Sequence record: DRR723986_5841
Strand: one strand, 5' to 3'
DNA: 53,356 nt
In this document: positions 38,725 to 48,813 of the stretch, piece after piece
How positions within the stretch are numbered: the stretch's first letter is position 1
Layout: the number at the start of each line of letters is the position of its first letter
Program-made: the position numbers and the translations under genes
Notes under the pieces: generated by a model
The model's input: the letters and a program-made list of their open reading frames with translations, nothing else
Database searches by the model: none
Told to the model about the DNA's origin: nothing

Positions 38725-40596
38725 TCAGGGCTGAGGCACCGGATTATTTCTGCACGGTTGTGAATCCACCGTGCCACATTCGGTCAATCCCGGTTTGACA
38801 TTCGCGTTGGGCAATTCACCCAGCACGATCTTGGACGGATGTTCGGCATCGTGATGCACAGTCACCATTTGTGGCGTCAGGATTGACTGAAAACCCCATA
38901 GTCCGATCATGCTGGGGTTTTCAACATACATACGGATGCTGGAGCCTTTGCGAAACACATGGCTGAAGGGCATCATTTCAACACGCAATAATTCCGGCAC
39001 GCCGGGCGTCATGTCCTTCAGTGATTCAGCGGTGTGCGGGTGGTAGGGTTGTAGCGCGCTTGAACGTTGTTCGTCCAGGGCCCGATGTGATGCACGCAGC
39101 CATCCGCGCTGAACGTATTGTTCTTGTCCATCAGGCCGAACCTCCACCATGGTCACCTGCAGGTCAACATCGTTGGCAGTGGTGGATACCCACAAATCTG
39201 CACTTGAGACGCCGTAGCTGGTGAAGGTGTTCAACAACGGTTTGGTGGTGAATACGGCACGACCCAAGGGATTGTCAGGAGAAACAGTCCATGTGTTGGC
39301 GGTAGCACCGCCAGTTTGCGTGCGGTCAAACACCCCTGTACTGTCAATTACATTGGGTGCGGGAAGCGGGTAGCTGTAGCTGGTGCCGGGCCCTGCTGCT
39401 GCGGTCTCTTTGTCGTTCAGCATCAAGCCACCAGGAGCCAGATGAAACTCCTTTGCTTTTACTTTCACTGGAAGTTTTGGCAGTGTTGTTACGCTATTGG
39501 GAGCCAGGTTGGCTGCGTCGGTTTCATGCCAGATATGCACCTTGGGTGTTTTGTCGAAACCGTTGTCGATTCCTTTCAAGAAGTGATCATAAAACGATTG
39601 AAGTTGGGCCATGATGCCGTGGGAATACTGATGTATGGTGTGGTGGCCATTGCTGGTGATGATCCAGGTTTTGTTGGGATCCAGTTGGTCGTAGAAGTAA
39701 GCACCTCGGCCACCTGTTTGTTCATCTTGCCAGGCCTGGGTCGCAAACACGGGCACATTGATATTGGACACCCAGTTTTTGATGCTGTGCGCGTGGTGCC
39801 AGGCGTCGTCGTTCGGGTGCTGCGGAATTTGAACCGCCAGTGAGTTCAGGTTGTTTTGAGCGGCATGAAGTGCGCCGTGTTGCAAACACTTGTTGTCGCC
39901 AATTTGCAGGGCGTCGCGATAGGCGATGGCCCAGTCGGCATTCAACCCGGCACCCCAAGCGGGTGGAAATGCGGCGTTCAGAATACCCCCCGGAAAACCG
40001 ATGTCCCGGTAGGTGTCCACCACTGGCATACCGGGGCCTACAGCCACCAAGTGTTTAGGCTGCATGCTGGCGACCCACAATTGCATGATGCCTGCATAGG
40101 AATAGCCATACATGGCCACTTTGCCGTTGGCCCAGTGGCGTTGAGCCAGCCAGTCCACCGCAAATGCACCGTCTTGTGCCTGTTGCAGGTTAAACAGCTC
40201 CCAGCTGTCGCTAGAGCACGCTGAGCCGCGCAGGTTCACGCCCACAATCGCATATCCTTTGGCGAGCATGTCATACACGAAAATGTTGGCCGCACGCGAT
40301 GGATCGCTGCCACCAAAATAGCCCTCGTACATCATCAGTACTGGAAAGGGGCCTTCACCTTCGGGTAACCAGGCGGTGTAACGCAGCTCGTTGCCATCGG
40401 GCAACGGAATGTAGCCCCATTCAGTAACTGAGGCTGTGGCTGGGTTGACGGCTACGTCGGATGGCTGCACCTGAGGTGCTGCGGTACCCGAGGGGCTTGT
40501 CCGCGCGGCGCTGTTTTCACCCGATCCACCGCAGCCTGCAAGCAGTGTGAAGCATGTGGTGAGCAGGATGGATGTGAATAAATGATACGTCCTCAA
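38725..40596 (-). CDS. CocE/NonD-family (S15) serine hydrolase, lipoprotein
   Basis: TTG start with GGAGA RBS, lipobox LAG-C, GPFPVL, RGSACS, nucleophile GYSYAG, WQDEQ, C-terminal jelly-roll (GWLRASHR). Confidence 0.87.
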   Translation of the reverse strand: MRTYHLFTSILLTTCFTLLAGCGGSGENSAARTSPSGTAAPQVQPSDVAVNPATASVTEWGYIPLPDGNELRYTAWLPEGEGPFPVLMMYEGYFGGSDPSRAANIFVYDMLAKGYAIVGVNLRGSACSSDSWELFNLQQAQDGAFAVDWLAQRHWANGKVAMYGYSYAGIMQLWVASMQPKHLVAVGPGMPVVDTYRDIGFPGGILNAAFPPAWGAGLNADWAIAYRDALQIGDNKCLQHGALHAAQNNLNSLAVQIPQHPNDDAWHHAHSIKNWVSNINVPVFATQAWQDEQTGGRGAYFYDQLDPNKTWIITSNGHHTIHQYSHGIMAQLQSFYDHFLKGIDNGFDKTPKVHIWHETDAANLAPNSVTTLPKLPVKVKAKEFHLAPGGLMLNDKETAAAGPGTSYSYPLPAPNVIDSTGVFDRTQTGGATANTWTVSPDNPLGRAVFTTKPLLNTFTSYGVSSADLWVSTTANDVDLQVTMVEVRPDGQEQYVQRGWLRASHRALDEQRSSALQPYHPHTAESLKDMTPGVPELLRVEMMPFSHVFRKGSSIRMYVENPSMIGLWGFQSILTPQMVTVHHDAEHPSKIVLGELPNANVKPGLTECGTVDSQPCRNNPVPQP

Positions 40597-40711
40597 AGTC
40601 TGTCTCCGGTATTGATTTCTTTTTGTGTATCTTGTGGTGATACTTCGGAAGCAGAATAGGTGGATGTTGGGCAGTGCGATAGAAGGCAGTTGCTACTTTT
40701 GTATGTACTTG

Positions 40712-41494
40712 CTACGAGTCATCACAAATTTGTAATTCAACCAGCTTGTTGTTTGCAAGGTACGAGGGAGTGAGTGCAAAGTAACGCGTGAAAGTACGGC
40801 TTAGGTGCGAGGAATCAGAGAAGCCGATTTCATGGGCCACCTCAGACAATGTTTTGTTGCGCACAAAAAGCTCTGCCGCGTAACGCATCTTGATCCACAG
40901 CAGGTATTGCCGAATTGAAATGCCCACTTCGTCTGTGAACAGGTGGGCCAGACGGCTCTCCGACAAGCCGCACAGAGCCGACAGCTTTTTTAGTTCAGCA
41001 ACTTGAGGAATGTGGGTGTGAAGCCAGGAGGCGACCATGTCTACACGTCGGTCAAGTGGTGGTGCCCCAATAATTTCCGGAAAAAGCGCCTGAAGAATTA
41101 CCTCGGAACTGTGACGAAGTTCATGGCAAGTGCGTTTGCCCGACATGCTGTCATACGCATGTTGCTGTGCGGTTTCATTCAGTTGTGACTGCAGGTCAAG
41201 AATATCCCTGCCATCCAGAATTTCGCGCAGTTTTCGGGCGTAAGGGTTGATTGGATCCACATTCAAACTGTAAAGACAGGTGTTGTTGGCGCTCAGCGTA
41301 CGGGCCACGTTGGATCCAATCAAAAATGCGCGACCACTGTGCTTGTGGCCTGACGACTCAACTTCAAAGTCGCCATCCGTGCCGATCAGGATGACCGTGG
41401 ATGGACGGCAGCTTTGCTCGCCCAAAAAGTAGGGGGACATGTAGATAAAACGATCTCGCCAGATCGACAGTGATGAGATGTGCGCATGGCTCAT
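40712..41494 (-). CDS. AraC-family transcriptional regulator
   Basis: C-terminal double HTH LSESRLAHLF...VAHEIGFSDSSHLSRTF. Confidence 0.92.
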   Translation of the reverse strand: MSHAHISSLSIWRDRFIYMSPYFLGEQSCRPSTVILIGTDGDFEVESSGHKHSGRAFLIGSNVARTLSANNTCLYSLNVDPINPYARKLREILDGRDILDLQSQLNETAQQHAYDSMSGKRTCHELRHSSEVILQALFPEIIGAPPLDRRVDMVASWLHTHIPQVAELKKLSALCGLSESRLAHLFTDEVGISIRQYLLWIKMRYAAELFVRNKTLSEVAHEIGFSDSSHLSRTFTRYFALTPSYLANNKLVELQICDDS

Positions 41495-41565
41495 CGTTGT
41501 GCCTTGGTTGGGTCAACATATCCTTGATACATGTTTTTTCTGAGAATGGATTGATTCACTCAAAA

Positions 41566-42147
41566 TTAAAGCCCCAATCCTGCCCCAACGCCAAAGAGGG
41601 TGGCCGCACCCAGTGCTGCAAACATCGCAGCAGCTGTTCGGTGCACCAGCTTCATCGGAATTTTTTCAGCCAGCTTGTCGCCAGCAAACACCGCAGGCAC
41701 GTCGGCAATCAGCATGCCCAGTGTAGTGCCCGCAACTACCATGAGCACATCGTTGTAGTGTGCTGACATGGCCACGGTGGCGATTTGGGTTTTGTCGCCC
41801 ATTTCCGCTAAAAAGAAGGTGATGAAGGTGGCGCCGAACACCCCCAGCTTGGTCGCCAGTTGGGTTTCTTCATCTTCGATTTTGTCTGGAATGAGTGTCC
41901 ACACTGCCATGGCGATGAAGGAGGCGCCAAGTACCCAACGCAGAACAGATGGATCCACATTGGCGGTGATCCAGCTACCCACCACGCCAGCCAGGCCGTG
42001 ATTGATCAGGGTGGCCAAAGTAATTCCAATGATGATGGGGACTGGTTTTTTGAAACGTGTGGCCAACAGAAATGCAAGAAGCTGGGTTTTATCCCCAATT
42101 TCAGCAAGTGCAATTACACCGGTGGATACGAGAAGTGCCGAAGACAT
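41566..42147 (-). CDS. UPF0016/TMEM165/GDT1-family Mn2+ exporter (MneA-like)
   Basis: Two E-x-G-D-K-T-Q motifs (AEIGDKTQ, AEMGDKTQ); preceded by a yybP-ykoY riboswitch. Confidence 0.93.
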   Translation of the reverse strand: MSSALLVSTGVIALAEIGDKTQLLAFLLATRFKKPVPIIIGITLATLINHGLAGVVGSWITANVDPSVLRWVLGASFIAMAVWTLIPDKIEDEETQLATKLGVFGATFITFFLAEMGDKTQIATVAMSAHYNDVLMVVAGTTLGMLIADVPAVFAGDKLAEKIPMKLVHRTAAAMFAALGAATLFGVGAGLGL

Positions 42148-42217
42148 TTAAAAGTTCCTGGGCCTGGAAAAACCGAATGACCACGCAGCTTCTCCAGGCC
42201 AATCTGGAAGCCGTGTA

Positions 42218-42330
42218 GTCAAAGGTCTTGCCAAGTTCAAAAACCGCTTACGCCATAGCCTGTATAAGATGTTAGGCCAAGTGTGTTGACGTAAGCCTTT
42301 CCAAGCGGAAAGAGGCTACTCCCCAATGAG
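42218..42330 (-). ncRNA. yybP-ykoY manganese riboswitch
   Basis: Minus strand reads GGGGAGTAGCC...CGTCAACACACTTGG...GGCAAGACCTTTGAC, the conserved aptamer core; a GGCCTGGA/TCCAGGCC hairpin lies between it and the RBS. Confidence 0.9.
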
Positions 42331-42427
42331 TGTGGAGATGATATTTGACGCAAGATGATAAATCAAGGGTGTATGCAGAGAAGTCACACTAATTCATTAC
42401 TTTTTGAAACTGCGATTATTTCCAAAA

Positions 42428-42460
42428 GTTAATTCAGCCTTAATTTTCGAACCCTAACCT
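42428..42460 (+). promoter_or_regulatory. PmrA/QseB-type box with -10 element
   Basis: GTTAAT-TCAGC-CTTAAT (YTTAAK-N5-YTTAAK type), then TAACCT at 42455. Confidence 0.7.
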
Positions 42461-42487
42461 GCACACATCAACAAGCAGGAGTTAGGC

Positions 42488-43081
42488 ATGAAACCGTTTG
42501 AATACCACACCCGTCAGCATCACACCGGGTCGCTGCCAGTGATTCAGGAGCCCTGTGCAGATTCAAAAATTCGTCAGTTCATTGCCGATACATTCATGCA
42601 TCACTACGGCGCCACCATCGAATCCTATTGCGACCGGTTGATTGGTGTTTGCTCGCCGCAAGGCACCATGCTGGCTGCAGCAGGATACAACCTTGCCGAA
42701 GAGGGCCCCCTGTTTCTGGAACAGTACCTTGACTTGCCACTGGAGAAGCAGATTCAGCAGCAACTGGGCATGGACATTACCCGGTCTGAAATTGCCGAAG
42801 TTGGAAACTTGGCTGCGCTTCAAGCTGGTGGTACTCGCATGCTGATTGAGTTGATGACCCAAAGACTGCATCAGCAAGGGCGTCGATGGGTGGCATTCAC
42901 TGCCACCAAAAGCCTGATCAACAGTTTTCATCGCATGGGTTTGTCCCCCGTTATTTTGGCGCCAGCAAGCCCGGCACGTGTCAAAAATCCCAGCGCGTGG
43001 GGCAGCTATTACCAGCAAAACCCGCATGTTGCGATTGGTGATATTCAGCTTGGCCACGCCCGTCTGGGAGGCCAGCAATGA
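42488..43081 (+). CDS. 'Thermostable hemolysin' family protein (GNAT-like acyltransferase fold)
   Basis: PLFLEQYLD, EIAEVGNLA, WVAFTAT, WGSYY..P.V motifs. Confidence 0.85.
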   Translation: MKPFEYHTRQHHTGSLPVIQEPCADSKIRQFIADTFMHHYGATIESYCDRLIGVCSPQGTMLAAAGYNLAEEGPLFLEQYLDLPLEKQIQQQLGMDITRSEIAEVGNLAALQAGGTRMLIELMTQRLHQQGRRWVAFTATKSLINSFHRMGLSPVILAPASPARVKNPSAWGSYYQQNPHVAIGDIQLGHARLGGQQ

Positions 43082-44559
43082 AGTCCAATTCTTTCTATTC
43101 ATTGCTCGAACAGTACACGGGTGAAATCCACGAAGGCCCCAATCGGAAGTTTGATACCAACGCGCTGCGTGGGCAGGTTAAAGCCTGGATTACCCATTTG
43201 TCACAGAACCACCCCCTTGGGCAGGCAGTCGGGATTTTGGCTGACAATAGCCTCGCTTGGATTGCATTGGACTTGGCTTGCGCCAATTTGAACATTGCCT
43301 TGGTGCCATTGCCTGCCTTTTTTACAGATGAGCAACTGAAACACGCCATACGCGAAGCGGGCATCAGCACCTTGGTCACTGACCATGGCCAGCGCGCGCA
43401 GCAACTTGGTTTTCAGTTGACTCCACAAAACCTGGATGCACCCATGCTGATGTTGCGCAGGTTGCAGCTCGACGGATCGACGCCCGCACAGATTCAGAAA
43501 ATCACCTTCACCTCAGGCACTACCGGCGAACCCAAAGGGGTGTGCCTGACTGAGGCCCAGCAGTTGGCTGTGGCCGAGGGTTTAATGCACGCGACCGAAA
43601 GCCTGGGCATAAAACGCCATTTGTGTTTGTTGCCGCTCGGTGTGTTGCTTGAAAACATTGCGGGTGTTTACGCGCCCATGATGGCGGGTGCGGACATTGT
43701 TTGCCCACCGCTGGCGCAAACCGGGTTGAAAGGCGCCGCTTCATTTGATGCGCAGCAATGCCTGGACACCATTGCAAGTTACCAGGCTGAAAGCATCATC
43801 TTGCTGCCCCAAATGCTGATGGCCTTGTTGCAAGCCAGTACACCCGGTGACAGCCGCTGGAAAAGCCTGAAGTTCATTGCGGTGGGCGGTGGCAAGGTGC
43901 CCATGGGCCTGTTGACGTTGGCCAAGTGGTTCAACTTACCGGTTTATGAGGGTTATGGCCTAAGTGAGTGTGCCTCGGTGGTGTGTTTGAACACACCTGA
44001 AAACAACCGTCTCGGTACCGTCGGTAAGCCCATTCAAGGTGTCGAAGTGAAAGTGGACGCCGATCAGGAAATCTGGGTGAAAGGCAGGCACTTCAGTGGT
44101 TACCTTCACGATTTGAAAGCGGGCAAGGGTAATGCGCTTGCACAAGGCGAATGGTTGCCGACTGGAGACCTCGGCAAACTGGATGCAGATGGATACCTGA
44201 CCATTCATGGTCGCAAAAAGAATCTGATCATCACCGGGTTTGGGCGAAACATCAGTCCGGAATGGCCCGAAGGTTTGTTGCTGTCCACTGGTTTGTTTTT
44301 GCAAGCCGCGGTGTTTGGCGAAGGTCAAACAGGCCTGACCGCCATGCTGGTGCTGCGCGATCCACGCGATGTGAACAGGGTGGACGACGCCTTGGCACAG
44401 ATCAACCGCCAACTGCCTGATTACGCGCGTATCTCGGCCCATCTGGTGATCGAGGAACCTTTTTCATTCAACAACGGATTGTGCACAGCCAATGGTCGCA
44501 TACGACGAGACGCCATTTGGCAGGCCTACAACAGTCAACTCAACGGAGAAACAGCATGA
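43078..44559 (+). CDS. AMP-binding adenylate-forming enzyme (acyl-CoA synthetase-like)
   Basis: TFTSGTTGEPKG, YEGYGLSE, TGDLG, GRKKN; the A10 region reads TANGRIRR. Confidence 0.9.
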   Translation: MKSNSFYSLLEQYTGEIHEGPNRKFDTNALRGQVKAWITHLSQNHPLGQAVGILADNSLAWIALDLACANLNIALVPLPAFFTDEQLKHAIREAGISTLVTDHGQRAQQLGFQLTPQNLDAPMLMLRRLQLDGSTPAQIQKITFTSGTTGEPKGVCLTEAQQLAVAEGLMHATESLGIKRHLCLLPLGVLLENIAGVYAPMMAGADIVCPPLAQTGLKGAASFDAQQCLDTIASYQAESIILLPQMLMALLQASTPGDSRWKSLKFIAVGGGKVPMGLLTLAKWFNLPVYEGYGLSECASVVCLNTPENNRLGTVGKPIQGVEVKVDADQEIWVKGRHFSGYLHDLKAGKGNALAQGEWLPTGDLGKLDADGYLTIHGRKKNLIITGFGRNISPEWPEGLLLSTGLFLQAAVFGEGQTGLTAMLVLRDPRDVNRVDDALAQINRQLPDYARISAHLVIEEPFSFNNGLCTANGRIRRDAIWQAYNSQLNGETA

Positions 44560-45242
44560 GTTCATTTTTTCAAACCCTTCAGGCCAGTACGGAAAAAAGC
44601 CGCCAGCAACTGATTCAGTCAGCGATTATTCAGGAGGCACTGCGCGGCGAAGTTACACGCGGGCAGTACCTGGCGTTCCTGGGGCAGGCTTACCACCATG
44701 TTCGCCACACCGTCCCTTTGCTAATGGCTTGTGGCAGCCGTTTGGGTTCGTCGCATGAATGGCTGAAACGGGCGATTACTGAGTATATTGAAGAAGAATA
44801 TGGTCACGAGCAGTGGATTCTGAATGACATCGCCGCTGCGGGTGGCAACCCTGCTGAAGCGGCAGCCTCCAAACCCCACATCTCCACGCAGGCCATGGTG
44901 GCGTACGTGTATCACCAGATCGATCGCAAAAACCCGGTAGGTTTTTTTGGCATGGTGCATGTGCTTGAGGGCACAAGCACGGCATTGGCCACGGTGGCTG
45001 CCGAGAAAATCCAAACCAATTTGGCCCTGCCCGATTCTGCTTTCTCATATTTGACCTCGCACGGCAGCCTTGACCTGGAGCACGTCAAGTTTTTTGAAAC
45101 CTTGATGAACCAGCTTACTTCGCAGGAAGACAAGCAGGCAGTGATCGACACTGCAGATGCCATCTATCACCTGTACGGTGAAATGTTCCGTGCTTTGCCG
45201 CAGGCCAACTCTGACGCTTTGTTTGATGAGGTGGCGGCATGA
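44556..45242 (+). CDS. Heme-oxygenase-like diiron (CADD/TenA/PqqC-fold) redox enzyme
   Basis: Ligand-type motifs EEEYGH, VLEG, HGSLDLEH; ATGA coupling to the upstream gene. Confidence 0.85.
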   Translation: MSSFFQTLQASTEKSRQQLIQSAIIQEALRGEVTRGQYLAFLGQAYHHVRHTVPLLMACGSRLGSSHEWLKRAITEYIEEEYGHEQWILNDIAAAGGNPAEAAASKPHISTQAMVAYVYHQIDRKNPVGFFGMVHVLEGTSTALATVAAEKIQTNLALPDSAFSYLTSHGSLDLEHVKFFETLMNQLTSQEDKQAVIDTADAIYHLYGEMFRALPQANSDALFDEVAA

Positions 45243-46042
45243 GTTCCCAAACACGTTTTCGTGCAGCACTGACTGGCGCAACAGGTGGCATTGGCCGTGC
45301 CATGGCATTCGCCTTGGCACCTCGGTCCGAGTCTCTTTTGTTGATGGGGCGTAGCGTGCAAGCCTTGAATAATTTGAGAATGTCCCTGCAGGTGCGGTTC
45401 CCGAACCTGATCCTCAACTGCCTGGCGGGAGATTTGCTGGACCCGACGTATCTAAAAGAGATATCAGATTACACACGACAAAATGAGGTGAACCTGTTGG
45501 TTAACAACGCGGGTGTCAATCAGTTTGGTGCTGTCAAAAATCTGGACGCCGGTGCGCAGGCTCGAATTGTAGAAACCAATTTATTGGCCCCAATGCAATT
45601 GACTCAGGCCATGCTGCCAACCTTGCTGAGGCAGGGTGATGCCCAAGTTATTCAGGTGGGTTCAATTTTTGGTTACATCGGTTATCCAGGCAATGCTGCT
45701 TACTGTGCCAGTAAATTTGGCTTGCGTGGCTATGCTCAGGCCCTTGCTCGCGAGCTGGCCAATTCCCCCGTCAAAGTCAAATACCTGGCCCCGCGCGCCA
45801 CGGCCACGGCGATCAATGAAGGTGCGGTGGACAACTTGAACAAAGCCTTGGGGGTAGCCAGCGACAGCCCGGAGTTTGTGGCCAGTCAGTTGATTCACCT
45901 CATCGACAGCCCACGATTTGACTTAAAGCTAGGTTTTCCGGAACGCCTGTTTGTGTTCATGAATCAGTTGTTCCCCCGCATTAACGACAACGCCATTCAG
46001 AAACAACTACCCACGATTGAAAAGCATTGGAGTACATCATGA
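45239..46042 (+). CDS. Short-chain dehydrogenase/reductase
   Basis: TGATGGIG, NNAG, catalytic YCASK. Confidence 0.92.
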   Translation: MSSQTRFRAALTGATGGIGRAMAFALAPRSESLLLMGRSVQALNNLRMSLQVRFPNLILNCLAGDLLDPTYLKEISDYTRQNEVNLLVNNAGVNQFGAVKNLDAGAQARIVETNLLAPMQLTQAMLPTLLRQGDAQVIQVGSIFGYIGYPGNAAYCASKFGLRGYAQALARELANSPVKVKYLAPRATATAINEGAVDNLNKALGVASDSPEFVASQLIHLIDSPRFDLKLGFPERLFVFMNQLFPRINDNAIQKQLPTIEKHWSTS

Positions 46043-46680
46043 GAAAGCACATGAACAAGTTTGCCATGGGTTTGTTAACGTTGACACAACTGGCTTGGGC
46101 TGTGACGAGCGAGGAAGTGCAAACGCTGCAAGCCGAATGGGCGCAGGCCATGTACCAGGACGAGGGTAAAAACAAGGAAACCCATTTGGGCAAATTGGCC
46201 GAACAATCGCGTGCTGTGGTCGCCAACAATCCAAAGGATGCAGACGCCCTGATTTGGGAAGGCATTGTGCTGGCCAGCTATGCTGGCAAAGTCGGCGGCT
46301 TGGGTGCACTGAGTTTGGTCAAAGAGGCCAAGGCGGCATTTGAGGCGTCTATCGCGCTGAACCCCAAAGCGCTCGATGGTTCTGCCTACACCAGTTTGGG
46401 GTCCTTGTATTACCAGGTGCCCGGTTGGCCTTTGGGTTTTGGCGATGATGACAAAGCAGAGGAATATTTGAAGAAAGGTTTGGCTATCAACCCTAATGGA
46501 ATCGATCCCAATTACTTTTACGGCGATTTTTTGTTTCGTGAGGGTCGAATCCAGGAGGCTGAAGCGGTACTGAACAAGGCATTGCAGGCACCTGCACGGC
46601 CTGGTCGAGAGTCTGCCGATGCTGGTCGTCGCAAAGAAATTCGTGATCTGCTTGCAAAGATCAAGACAGGGAAAAGTTGA
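46039..46680 (+). CDS. Exported TPR-repeat protein
   Basis: Signal peptide ending AWA, helical repeats, LYYQVPGWPLGFGD, NPNGIDPNYFYG, PARPGR..AD.GR. Confidence 0.83.
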   Translation: MRKHMNKFAMGLLTLTQLAWAVTSEEVQTLQAEWAQAMYQDEGKNKETHLGKLAEQSRAVVANNPKDADALIWEGIVLASYAGKVGGLGALSLVKEAKAAFEASIALNPKALDGSAYTSLGSLYYQVPGWPLGFGDDDKAEEYLKKGLAINPNGIDPNYFYGDFLFREGRIQEAEAVLNKALQAPARPGRESADAGRRKEIRDLLAKIKTGKS

Positions 46681-46724
46681 TCCCGTTACACTGGGAAAAC
46701 TGAATTACTGGACAGGTTGATTAA

Positions 46725-47393
46725 TTGAGAGTGTTGCTCGTCGAAGATGATGAACTCATTGCCAACGGTGTTCGGGAGGCCTTGCGCCGACGTGCGTACC
46801 AAGTGGATTGGGTTAGCAATGGCAGGGATGCCTTGAATGCTGCCATTGACAATCCGTTTGATTTGATCATTCTGGATTTGGGTTTGCCCGGTCTGGATGG
46901 ACTAGACGTGTTGTCTGCCTTACGGCAGCATCAAAAGCGCACGCCTGCTATTGTGCTCAGCGCACGGGGTAGCACCCAGAATCGCATTGATGGACTCAAC
47001 GCGGGGGCAGATGACTATCTGGTCAAGCCATTCGATTTGGAGGAGTTGTTTGCCCGTATTCATGCTGTTGAGCGTCGCACCAGCGGTGCCGCCACCAATG
47101 TTTTGAAAATGGGTGAAATTGAGCTTGACCTGGCTGCCATGAGCGTTTTGTATCAAGGCATTGAAGTGACGCTGCAACGCCGTGAATTCAGTTTGTTGAA
47201 AAAGTTGATGGAAAGTCCCAGACAGGTATTTACGCGGGAGCAACTCGAGGAGTCTTTGTATGGTTGGACCTCTGATCTGGGGAGCAATGCAATAGATGTT
47301 TATGTGCATAACATACGAAAAAAAATGTACAGCGATGTAATCAAAACCCTACGCGGTGTGGGTTATCGAATAGACCCCAATCTTGCAAACTGA
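46725..47393 (+). CDS. PmrA/QseB-like OmpR-family response regulator
   Basis: LLVEDD, LDLGLPG, GADDYLVKPF, SNAIDVYVHNIRKK, TLRGVGY. Confidence 0.93.
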   Translation: MRVLLVEDDELIANGVREALRRRAYQVDWVSNGRDALNAAIDNPFDLIILDLGLPGLDGLDVLSALRQHQKRTPAIVLSARGSTQNRIDGLNAGADDYLVKPFDLEELFARIHAVERRTSGAATNVLKMGEIELDLAAMSVLYQGIEVTLQRREFSLLKKLMESPRQVFTREQLEESLYGWTSDLGSNAIDVYVHNIRKKMYSDVIKTLRGVGYRIDPNLAN

Positions 47394-47400
47394 GCAATCC

Positions 47401-48804
47401 ATGAAATATTCCATGCGCAGGCGTATTTTGATTGCCTTGGTGCTGGCACTGGCGGTCATCATGATCACTGCTGGCGTAATTAGTTATCGAGTTGCACTTC
47501 ACGAAGCGGATGAAATTTTCAGTGCGCGTTTGGCCACTTCTGCACGTGTATTGGAAACACTGCTGGCCCGCCAGGTTGAGCATGCAACCATTGATCAGCC
47601 CGTTGTCATTTCATTGCCCGCAGAATTGAGTGAAGCCGATCCAGACGAGCCCACTGAACTTGGACATCCGTATGAAACCAAACTGGCTTTTCAAGTTTGG
47701 AGCGACACAGGCCGTTTGCTGGTGAGATCTGAATTTGCGCCTGAAGATCGCTTGGGACCGTTGAAAGAGGGTTTCTGGGATCGCGACAGTGGTGGTGTGT
47801 CCTGGCATGTATTCACCCTGAAAAGCGGCGGGGTCTGGATAGAAGTCGCTGAAGAGGTTGGCTTGCGCGGCGAAATTGCCAGCGACGTAGGCGGTACCTT
47901 AATTACTCCGCTGTTGACGGGCTTCGCCCTGTTGATGTTGTTGGTCAACCTGATTGTGATTGTCGGATTCCGACCCCTGGCGAAACTCGCTGAATCAATC
48001 GAGCATCGAGATCCCAAAGACAATTCGCCACTGGACCTAAATAACACCCCGGAAGAGTTATTGCCGGTGGTAAATTCGCTGAACAGTTTACTAAACCGCA
48101 TGTCCGAAACATTGGCAAGGGAGCAACGTTTTACCGATTCAGCCGCGCATGAGCTTCGAACACCTCTTGCTGCGATGAGTGTTCATGCCGAAAACGCCGC
48201 CAATGCGAAAGACGAGGATGAACGAGCCATTTCATTAGCCTACCTGATGACAGGTATGAACCGCACCAAGCATCTAATTGAACAAATGTTGATGTACAGC
48301 CGCATCGGTGTCGATGCGCAGTCCGAGCCTGAGGTGCCTGTTGACTTGATCGAAGAGCTTCAATATTTGGTGAATAGCCAGCGAACGATCATTGAAGGCA
48401 GTGGTCTTCAAGTTCAGCTCAACACACCAACGCGACCAGTTTGGGTGAAGTCGCAGCGGGGGTTACTTGAAATGCTGTTGCGTAATTTGCTAGACAACGC
48501 TTGTAAACACTCCACGAAGCAAGATGTACCTGTCTCTATTGAGCTGACTGTGGAGTTGCCGTCAAACAAGGCGTGTATCCGGTTTCGCAATATGGCCGAA
48601 CCGATCGCCTCCGAGGAAATTTCGCGACTTTTTGAGGCGTACTATCGCCCAGCCAATACGCGTTCGAAAGGTCATGGATTGGGATTGGCGATTGCCCGAG
48701 AGGTGGCAGTTTTACATGGCTGGTCCCTGGAGTTGACTCGCAATTCGGCGCGAGAGGGCATCGAGTTTACCTGTAAGATTCCCGCGATTAATCCAATATC
48801 TTAG
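47401..48804 (+). CDS. PmrB/QseC-like sensor histidine kinase
   Basis: HEADEIF and GHPYETKLAFQVW periplasmic motifs, AAHELRTPL, NLLDNA, GHGLGL. Confidence 0.92.
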   Translation: MKYSMRRRILIALVLALAVIMITAGVISYRVALHEADEIFSARLATSARVLETLLARQVEHATIDQPVVISLPAELSEADPDEPTELGHPYETKLAFQVWSDTGRLLVRSEFAPEDRLGPLKEGFWDRDSGGVSWHVFTLKSGGVWIEVAEEVGLRGEIASDVGGTLITPLLTGFALLMLLVNLIVIVGFRPLAKLAESIEHRDPKDNSPLDLNNTPEELLPVVNSLNSLLNRMSETLAREQRFTDSAAHELRTPLAAMSVHAENAANAKDEDERAISLAYLMTGMNRTKHLIEQMLMYSRIGVDAQSEPEVPVDLIEELQYLVNSQRTIIEGSGLQVQLNTPTRPVWVKSQRGLLEMLLRNLLDNACKHSTKQDVPVSIELTVELPSNKACIRFRNMAEPIASEEISRLFEAYYRPANTRSKGHGLGLAIAREVAVLHGWSLELTRNSAREGIEFTCKIPAINPIS

Positions 48805-48813
48805 GATTCAAGC

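Noticed and set aside
42488-43081. Hemolysin toxin or virulence factor
   Set aside because: No signal peptide; it is translationally coupled to biosynthetic enzymes, which fits a cytoplasmic transferase better than the historical family name.
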